This document shows, one piece after another, positions 1-6,886 of a stretch of DNA of 10,300 nucleotides. Positions within the stretch are counted from its first letter, which is position 1; each line of letters starts with the position of its first letter. This stretch comes from Octopus sinensis (Eukaryota): positions 1 through 10,300 of the forward strand of contig NW_021827453.1 of NCBI RefSeq assembly GCF_006345805.1, given 5' to 3'. The notes beneath the pieces are model-generated. The model made no database searches. It was given only the letters and a program-made list of their open reading frames with translations, and had not been told where the DNA came from. The position numbers and the translations under genes were made by a program.

Positions 1-3
1 TCG

Positions 4-39
4 ATAATAATAATAATAATAAAAATTAATAATAATAAC
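4..39. repeat. Imperfect (TAA)n trinucleotide repeat upstream of SoxC
   Basis: ataataataataataat...taataataataac read directly. Confidence 0.85.
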
Positions 40-106
40 AGTAATATTATCGCCATCAGGTTCGACTGTACCAAAAACTGCATAATTGTATAATAATAAT
101 ATCGCC

Positions 107-1456
107 ATGGTACCTCAAAATACGACGTTAGTCGCCGACCCCACGTCGTCTTCGTTTAACCAGTCCGTAATGTTTGGTTCACAACTAGTCGACCCCGGCT
201 CGCACACACCTTACACAGACGCCACCAACTGCAAGAAGTCGTCCAGTCACGTGAAGCGGCCCATGAACGCATTTATGGTCTGGTCGCAGATCGAACGGCG
301 CAAGATCTCCGAGGTGCAACCGGACATGCACAACGCGGAGATTAGCAAACGGTTGGGCCGTCAGTGGAAGTTACTCAACGAGCACGACCGCAAACCGTTT
401 GTGGACGAAGCCGAACGGCTACGCGTGTTGCACTTGCAAGAGTACCCGGACTACAAGTACAGACCGAGGAAGAAGGCCAAACTCAGCGGCAAGGCCGAGG
501 GTTCGAATAACACCAGCAACGCCAGTAGCGTCGGTACGACCAGTACGAGCAAAATATCGAAGGGTCCTGGCCACAAGACCCACAAGACGGAGAAAAACAG
601 CTCCAATAAGCATCGAACAAATGGCGGCGGCGGAGTAGTGAAGTCGAGCAATGGCTTGAGTAGCAACGGTCACACCAGCAATACGGCCAACCGGTTAAAA
701 TTAAAGCTGACCATCGATAAAAAATTCAAAGAGAGCATCAAAGCAAGCAAGCATGTTTCAGTACCTTCCAGTCAGCTAACGCCGCCAGCTAAGGTTCCAT
801 CCAGTCCGTCTCTGTATGCACCACCGACGCCCGAAGCGGTCAGCTTCTACCCAGAAGAAGCGTTCGAGACGCCGGCTGCCTCGCCCCAGGAGCTCAACTG
901 TGTGACAAATGCGACGGTGGCCGGGGCGGCCTCGGCGGGCGCTTTCCAAGTGATTTCTTCCACGCAGTTGACTGCGACCGCCGTTGATGGCAAGCTCTTG
1001 TACCAGTCAGCACAGATCGGCGGGACGACGACATCGTTGCCCACTTCGACGGCCCTCGCTGCCCTCGCCACGGCTGGTACGGGAGCTGCTATGGTTGGTC
1101 AACAACACTTATCCCTCACCGGTCAACAGACCACGACTGACCAACACCAGCACCAGCACCAACTGCAGCAGTTGCAGCAACAACAACAGCACAACCAACA
1201 TATGGACAGCGTTCCTTTGGCGGATTTAGACAGTTTGACCGATGTCCTCCAGTTGCCCAACAACTGGCACCTGGAACTCGGCAATTTGGACTTAAGCAAA
1301 CTCGCCGATGCCGAGTTCAATCTGGACATGCAAAACCAGAACACACCGAATGCGAGCCATTTCGAGTTTCCGGATTACTCCACACCGGAAGTAACTGAAA
1401 TGATCGAAGCTGATTGGCTGGAGTCTGGACTTGGTACCTTAATATGTAAGCAATAA
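107..1456 (+). CDS. SoxC: SoxC-group (Sox4/Sox11/Sox12-like) HMG-box transcription factor, complete single open reading frame, 449 aa
   Basis: ATG at 107 in GCCATGG context with in-frame TAA at 83-85; stop TAA 1454-1456. N-terminus MVPQ resembles SOX4/11 MVQQ. HMG box [20 protein letters not shown]...[13 protein letters not shown]...[11 protein letters not shown] carries SoxC-diagnostic residues. C-terminal [23 protein letters not shown] matches the SoxC transactivation motif (human SOX4 [23 protein letters not shown]). Confidence 0.97.
   Translation: MVPQNTTLVADPTSSSFNQSVMFGSQLVDPGSHTPYTDATNCKKSSSHVKRPMNAFMVWSQIERRKISEVQPDMHNAEISKRLGRQWKLLNEHDRKPFVDEAERLRVLHLQEYPDYKYRPRKKAKLSGKAEGSNNTSNASSVGTTSTSKISKGPGHKTHKTEKNSSNKHRTNGGGGVVKSSNGLSSNGHTSNTANRLKLKLTIDKKFKESIKASKHVSVPSSQLTPPAKVPSSPSLYAPPTPEAVSFYPEEAFETPAASPQELNCVTNATVAGAASAGAFQVISSTQLTATAVDGKLLYQSAQIGGTTTSLPTSTALAALATAGTGAAMVGQQHLSLTGQQTTTDQHQHQHQLQQLQQQQQHNQHMDSVPLADLDSLTDVLQLPNNWHLELGNLDLSKLADAEFNLDMQNQNTPNASHFEFPDYSTPEVTEMIEADWLESGLGTLICKQ
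248..475 (+). other. SoxC: HMG-box DNA-binding domain of SoxC
   Basis: Translation [76 protein letters not shown] includes the Sox signature RPMNAFMVW. Confidence 0.97.
1142..1201 (+). repeat. Coding Gln/His-rich tract ([20 protein letters not shown])
   Basis: CAC-CAG and CAA/CAG codon repeats in frame in SoxC. Confidence 0.9.
1355..1453 (+). other. SoxC: SoxC C-terminal transactivation domain
   Basis: [33 protein letters not shown] aligns by eye with the last ~33 aa of vertebrate SOX4/11/12. Confidence 0.9.
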
Positions 1457-1457
1457 A
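1452..1457 (+). promoter_or_regulatory. Candidate proximal polyadenylation signal overlapping the stop codon
   Basis: AATAAA at 1452-1457 includes the TAA stop at 1454-1456. Use is not demonstrated. Confidence 0.3.
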
Positions 1458-1481
1458 ACAAAACTGACCAATGGCATATAT

Positions 1482-1513
<32 letters not shown>

Positions 1514-2388
1514 TATATATATGATATATATATATATTGATAGTATGTATAAACGTGTGTGTGTATGATTATAGATGTATATATGGTCTGTGTATGCTTA
1601 TGTATATATATGCATACATTTATGAAAGGCATTATATATATAAGTGTGTGTGTGTGTATTTATGTATATATATATCTATATATATATATATATTAACTTT
1701 CAATACACAAGGTTTTTTTTTTTTTTTTTTTTTTTGGTATTTCAGCCATTGAAAACACATTGTTGTGCGTGTATGTATGTATGTATGTTTGTATGTCTGT
1801 CTGTATGTCCTAGAATTTGTATATAAAATAATTGTATATATATAAAAAGAGAATTGTATAAAGAAAAAAAATATATATATATATATAAATTGACAAATGA
1901 TAAAAAAAAACGAACTGGTTGTATTCGAATGTTTTTCGGGACTGTTTTTTTTTTATTTTTATATTCTTACGAACTGTCATGAAAAAAAAATGGAAGAAAA
2001 ACTCGGAACCGGACTTCCACACCGGACATCGAATGTCTTGTAGATATATCATAAACTTTTTATATAAATTTATTTACATCCTGTATTTATATACATATAT
2101 ATATATATATATACATACATGTATGTGTATTAACGTGCGTGTGTATGTACATATATATTTATGTGTATATATACACGACACGCACTGCAAACATACATAC
2201 ATATATATATATGTATATATACATATGTATGTATATATATATATATATGTATGTATGTGTGTGTATATATATATATAGTATAAACATAACATATTATACA
2301 TACATATCCTCATATTTATAAAGAAACATGCATATATATTCACCTATTCTTAAAAGTGTATATATACATATACATACATATATTATAG

Positions 2389-2420
<32 letters not shown>

Positions 2421-2787
2421 AAATGACTGCATATTTGTATGTAACCTTGTTTGTTTAGACGTGGAAGCATAGGCAGAGATATATAAAATTGTACATATAT
2501 ATATATATATATATAATGTATGCATATATGTGTATATATTTCACGTGTGTATGTTTACTAACAAGATTACAAAACATGTATGCGCCTCTGTTTACATATA
2601 TATATATATGTGTGCATTATACATCACGTATATATATACATATATATATATATAGTATGTACATGTATATATATATATTATGATCATATATTTATTAAAT
2701 TTGTTATAAAATACATATTTAAAAAAAATAACATTTTATTAAAAAAAAATATCTGTGAAAATAAATGTCACAGTTTCAAAACCCTTA

Positions 2788-2790
<3 letters not shown>
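1457..2790 (+). other. Probable SoxC 3' UTR: mosaic of (TA)n, (TG)n, (TATG)n, (CATA)n and poly-T (1713-1735) with short unique islands
   Basis: Lies directly downstream of the stop and ends in a cluster of polyadenylation-like hexamers. The end point is inferred. Confidence 0.5.
2694..2765 (+). promoter_or_regulatory. Candidate distal polyadenylation signal cluster
   Basis: ATTAAA 2694-2699, ATTAAA 2738-2743 and AATAAA 2760-2765, followed by T-rich sequence (2790-2910). AT-rich context lowers specificity. Confidence 0.45.

Positions 2791-2827
<37 letters not shown>
2790..2827. repeat. (ATT)n microsatellite
   Basis: Direct reading. Confidence 0.95.
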
Positions 2828-2947
2828 GTTTTGAATTCTTCGTGCTCATTCTATGGCACTAATGTATATTTCGTTCTTCCTTTCTTTTCTTCTTTTTTCT
2901 TATTTCTTCTTCTGAATAGAATTATAGGACAGTGTGTGTGTGTATAT

Positions 2948-2980
<33 letters not shown>

Positions 2981-3028
2981 TATATTATCTTAATTGATCC
3001 TCTGTTGGATATTACGATCATCTTCACA

Positions 3029-3118
3029 ATTATTATTATTATTATTATTACTATTATTATTATTATTATTGTTATTATCATTATTATTATTATTATTATT
3101 ATTATTGTCATCACTATT
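3029..3118. repeat. Imperfect (ATT)n microsatellite abutting the SINE at 3122
   Basis: Direct reading. Confidence 0.95.
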
Positions 3119-3121
3119 AAA

Positions 3122-3350
3122 GGCTGCGAGCTGGCAGAATCGTTAGCACACCGGGCGAAATGCGAAATGCCGTTGCATTCTGAGTTCAAATTCCGCCGAG
3201 GTCGACTTTGCCTTTCAATCTTTCGGGGTCGATTAAATAAGTACCAGTTACGCACTGGGGTGGGGGGGTCGATATAATCGACTTAATCCGTTTTTCTGTC
3301 CTTGTTTGTCCCCTCTGTGTTTAGCCCCTTGTGGGTAGTAAAGAAATAGG
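3122..3350 (+). mobile_element. tRNA-headed SINE (family A here), first unit
   Basis: A-box-like TGGCAGAATCG 3132-3142 and B-box GAGTTCAAATTCC 3182-3194. Body has hairpins CCAGT/ACTGG (3244-3258) and GTCGAT-ata-ATCGAC (3268-3282). 3169-3215 is 38/47 identical to 3361-3407. Sequence resembles an abundant octopus SINE (recalled, not searched). Confidence 0.85.
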
Positions 3351-3558
3351 TATTTCGTCTGCCGCTACGTTCTGGGTTCAAATCTCACCGATGTCGACTT
3401 TACCTTTTTCTCAATCAACCCCGACCACCTTCAGTGGTGATGGGTGGTGGGGCTGTCGATAAAATTAAGTACAAACGGAGCACGGGGGTCGACTGTTATC
3501 AACTTACTCACTCTGCGACCCCCGGAAATTGCTGCTCTTGAACCAATATTTCGAGCCA
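3349..3558 (+). mobile_element. Second, A-box-less and more diverged unit of SINE family A, in tandem
   Basis: Repeats the B-box region (GGTTCAAAT 3375-3383), GTCGACTTTACCTTT, GTCGATAAAATTAAGTAC and GGGGTCGA blocks of the first unit. Confidence 0.8.
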
Positions 3559-4512
3559 TGTCTCTGCGTCTGTTTTGTGTTGTATCCATAAATTTTAACG
3601 CAACATAATAATAAGGATAATAATAATAATAATTGATTTTGATCGCTTGGTATTGTTTGTATGTATATTGCATAACATGTATATATGTGTATATATAGAT
3701 AGATAGATATAGATATATATACAAAATAGTGTACGTATTTATACACAAACTAGGTGACCTTTAACAGGACACCTTACATGCTAGAAAGGGCAGTTAAAAC
3801 CCTAACCACTAATAAGAGTAGTTTCTAAGGGAATGAAATACATACATATGTATATATATGTTGTATATATGTATGTATATTGTATATAATGTCTATTTTC
3901 GTTTTCCAACTTGAGTCGCGAGTGTCAATTTTCGAGGAAAAAAATAAGACCGTAGTTTTTTCCCGCCTTTTTTTCTCTGCTCTCGAGCGACTTTTTCCAC
4001 TTCATCTCCTCTTTCTCCTCCCCTCCTTCCTTTCTCTTCCGCCTCCTCCTCATTATCACACCTGTCTTTAACCGATCAACCAACGAACCGGGCAGCCAGT
4101 CAACTTACCTTACCTTACCTTACCTTTACTTATTTTTGTACGTCTGTTTTTTTTTCTTTTTGGTGGGGGGTGGAGAGGGGTACCTTTAATGCCTACCTGC
4201 TCGCAATACGTTTGTGTGTGTGTGCGTGTAGTAGTAGTAGTAGCAGCAGCAGCAGTAGTAGTAGTAGTAGTAGTAGTTGCAGTTGGTCGCTTACACTTTG
4301 GAGGTGTAATCTCGAGTTATTTATATTTATTTCTTATCTCGAGCGGAAGTCGGGGGGGAGCGGGGGGGGGGGTCGCCGGCGAACTGTCACGTGCTCAGCG
4401 TCTATATACATATATATATATATATAATATATATATCCATCTATCTATATCTATCTACCTATCTATTTATATATATATAGATAGGTAGATAGATATAGAT
4501 ATATATATATAT

Positions 4513-4930
4513 TCCTCGTTTCAAGTCATTGGATTGCGGCCATGCTGGAGCACTCATCTTGGGGAATTTTTAGTCCAACCAATCAATCAATTAATCAGTC
4601 AATCAATCCCTGTACTAATTATTTTTTTTTTAGTCAAGCCTGCTAATTATTCTATCGGTCCTTCTCGCCGAACCGCTAGGTTTTGAGAACATAAACACGC
4701 CACCGCTAGTTGTCAAGCTTTGGTCGAGTGGGGGTTGGGGTGGAACAAGGACATACACATGTGTACAACGGGCTTCTTTCAGTTTCCTTCTACCAAAGGC
4801 TCTCTTCTTTTTTTTTTTTCTTCACCCAAGGCAATGTTGGAAAGACACTTACTTGCCCAAGGTGCCTCGCTGTGGGTCTGAACCCGGAACCATCTGGTTG
4901 GGAAGCAAGCTTCTTACCACACAGCCATGC
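4513..4930 (-). mobile_element. tRNA-headed SINE (family B here), near-full-length diverged copy B1
   Basis: Minus-strand A-box TGGCTGTGTGGT (4927-4916) and B-box GGGTTCAGACCC (4885-4874), then a CORE-like ACCTTGGGCAAGT. Shares TTATTCTATCGG, GCCGAAC.GCT, GTTGTCAAGC and CTTCTTTCAGTTTCC.TCTACCAAA blocks with 5695-5967 and 6887-7207. Confidence 0.88.
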
Positions 4931-4974
4931 GTCTATACTTTTTAATCTCTTGTTTTGTTTTTAATTCGATTATA

Positions 4975-5354
4975 TTCCCCCCTCTCTTTCCCTTCTTTCT
5001 CTCCCTTCTTCCTCCTCCCCTTCTCTTTCTCTCTCTCTCTCCCTTCTTCATTCTACCCCTCCCTCTATCGCTGTTTCTCTCCCTTAATCCTTCTCCCCCT
5101 CTATCCCCTTCTATCTCTTTCCCCTCTCTCGCTCTCTCCCTTCTTCCTTCTCCCCCTCTCTCTTTCTCTCTCTCCCTTCTACCCCCTCTCTCTTTCTTTC
5201 TCTCCCTTCTTACTTCTACCCTTCCCCCCTCTATCTATCTCTTCCTTCTCCCTCTCTCTCCCTTATTCCTTTTCCCCTCTCTCCCCTTCTACTCTTTCCC
5301 CTCTGTCTTTCTCTCGCTCTCTCCCTTCTTCCTTCTCTCCCCCTCTCTCTCTCT
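4975..5354. repeat. Degenerate CT-rich polypyrimidine tract with internal higher-order duplication
   Basis: Plus strand almost entirely C/T; TCTCTCGCTCTCTCCCTTCTTCCTTCTC occurs at 5125 and 5310. Confidence 0.9.
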
Positions 5355-5414
5355 GTAGAAAAGGTTAGCCATCAAAGTGCCTACACATGTATATGCGTGT
5401 GTGTGTGCGTACGT

Positions 5415-5590
5415 TTGTATTGACGTCACGTGATTGTCGTGAACACGCATCACCGTCATACAAGCGGTGTTGTTCGTTTCTGGTGATGACGAGACGCTTG
5501 CCTTTTTTTCCTAGTCATAGCCAAAACCTGCCTCAACAAATTTCGTCGGACCCATGCAGGCATGGAAAATGTGGACGTTAAATGACGACG
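5415..5590 (+). mobile_element. Probable headless, internally deleted remnant of another octopus SINE subfamily
   Basis: CACCGTCATACAAGCGGTG and CTGCCTCAACAAAT...GACCCATGCA.GCATGGAAAATGTGGACGTTAAATGACGACG resemble a recurrent octopus repeat ending in a (GAT/GAC)n tail. Single copy in the window, so this rests on recall only. Confidence 0.5.
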
Positions 5591-5694
5591 CTAATTTACA
5601 CGTTTGCTAGCAAGACATTTCCAGGAAGCAGAAACAGCCGTAAGCCAGTGAAGCTCATAAGCTAATTATTCTTATTTATATATACATACATACA

Positions 5695-5967
5695 CTCTTG
5701 TTTCAGTCACGTGACTGCGGTCATGCTGGAGCACCACATTTAGGCGAATAAATCGACCCCCAGGACTTATTCCTTGTAAGCCTAGTGCTTATTCTATCGG
5801 ATACTTTTTGCCGAACGGCTTAAGTGACGGGGACGTAAACACACCAACATCGGTTGTCAAGCGATGGAGGGGTAGAAACAGACACAAACAACAAACACAT
5901 ATATACATATATATATGTATATATAAACGACGAGCTTCTTTCAGTTTCCATCTACCAAATTCACTCA
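5695..5967 (-). mobile_element. SINE family B copy B2, lacking the tRNA head
   Basis: 5829-5855 is 25/27 identical to 6961-6987. CATGCTGGAGCAC is shared with B1. Similarity stops at about 5967. Confidence 0.88.
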
Positions 5968-6149
5968 TATATATATGTATATTAAAGATAGTGCTTTGTG
6001 ACTTTTGAGTCGGTTTAACTCTTATTTCTAGCAACAGTGGTGTTCGTCAGTACCCTCTGTCCACTTCTGAGGCATCTATTAATCTTGCCTTTAGGTTCAA
6101 ATTGCTAATGAGCCACCCTTTTAACTTGCTATATAAATATATATATATA

Positions 6150-6268
6150 TCACGTGATCACGTGACCGACCAGGCTATCAGATGTTACTACACATCGCTG
6201 GTCACTATGCGCTTCGCATTGTTTTAGCCTTCAAATGACGCCACCCCGCTGGCTAAGCGAGCAGGCCA
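6150..6268. mobile_element. Probable interspersed repeat fragment beginning with a double E-box palindrome
   Basis: CACGTGATCACGTGACCGACCAGGCTATCAGATG...GGCTAAGCGAGCAGGCCA is bounded by (TA)n on both sides and resembles a common octopus repeat (recall only; single copy here). Confidence 0.45.
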
Positions 6269-6280
6269 TAATATATATAT

Positions 6281-6409
6281 ATACATGCATACATACATAC
6301 ATACATACATACATACATACATACATACATACATACACACATACATACATACATACATACATGCATACATACATACATACATGCATACATACATACATAC
6401 ATACATACA
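6281..6409. repeat. (CATA)n microsatellite
   Basis: Direct reading. Confidence 0.97.
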
Positions 6410-6860
6410 GATTCAGGGTAATGAAAGCAGCGATGGAAAGTTTAAGACGGTTGCTTCAAAAACTTATCACTTGAAGTTGTTGACATCAAAGGTGGCCGCT
6501 ATCATTATCAGTTGGAGAAAAACAGTGTGTGTGTGTGTCAGCAACTTTTTTATAGTAGTAAAATTGGTTATCTTTTCGTACCAGTAATGTACGCCGCGGT
6601 TGTGTTAAAGACAACGATGTGCTCATACATCACTAGCTTTCAAATGAGTGAGTGGGTCGAACGTTGAAAGACCCGAAACCCCGTTGAGGCCCAAGAAACT
6701 TCGTTGACGACGCTTCTCATATATATATACATATCGAAAGAAAATAGACACTAGCGTTCAAATATCTAATGTAGTATTTAGTATATAGTAGATACGCCAT
6801 TTGGGTATCATACTAATGATTAAAACAGTATAACGAGAAGTTATTTACTTTTGAAACGTC

Positions 6861-6885
6861 TGTGTGTGTGTGTGTGTGTGTGTGT
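6861..6885. repeat. (TG)n microsatellite
   Basis: Direct reading. Confidence 0.95.
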
Positions 6886-6886
6886 C

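Noticed and set aside
86-106. ORF-track start at 86 giving 456 aa
   Set aside because: Codon 86-88 is TTG. The ATG at 107 has a strong Kozak context and gives the MVPQ start typical of SoxC.
356-370. LGRQW instead of the usual SoxC LGKRW in the HMG box
   Set aside because: Gln before the invariant Trp also occurs in SRY (LGYQW), so it is tolerated.
776-796. LTPPAK as an Fbw7 phosphodegron
   Set aside because: The +4 residue is Lys rather than Ser/Thr/Glu, which does not fit the consensus.
399-1344. Alternative-frame and antisense ORFs overlapping SoxC (399-638, 419-673, 451-666, 847-1071, 984-1229, 1123-1344)
   Set aside because: Short shadows of a GC-rich CDS with no recognisable domain; most start at non-ATG codons.
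1442-1453. C-terminal ICKQ as a CaaX prenylation motif
   Set aside because: Cys is at position -3, not -4.
3122-3200. tRNA gene (also at 4860-4930 and 7140-7205)
   Set aside because: A- and B-boxes are present but no complete cloverleaf or acceptor stem; each continues into repeat body sequence, so these are SINE heads.
3798-3807. Telomere-like AACCCTAACC
   Set aside because: Fewer than two units; expected by chance.
6061-6110. B-box-like GGTTCAAATT and CTTGCCTTT as a decayed family-A SINE
   Set aside because: The blocks are in the wrong order and too short to support homology.
6637-6690. Second hammerhead or pseudoknot candidate (GGGTC/GACCC followed by GAAAC; CTTTCAA/TTGAAAG)
   Set aside because: No CUGANGA-like core at the right spacing and no UH triplet. 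The two stems leave no loop 3, so a pseudoknot is sterically implausible.
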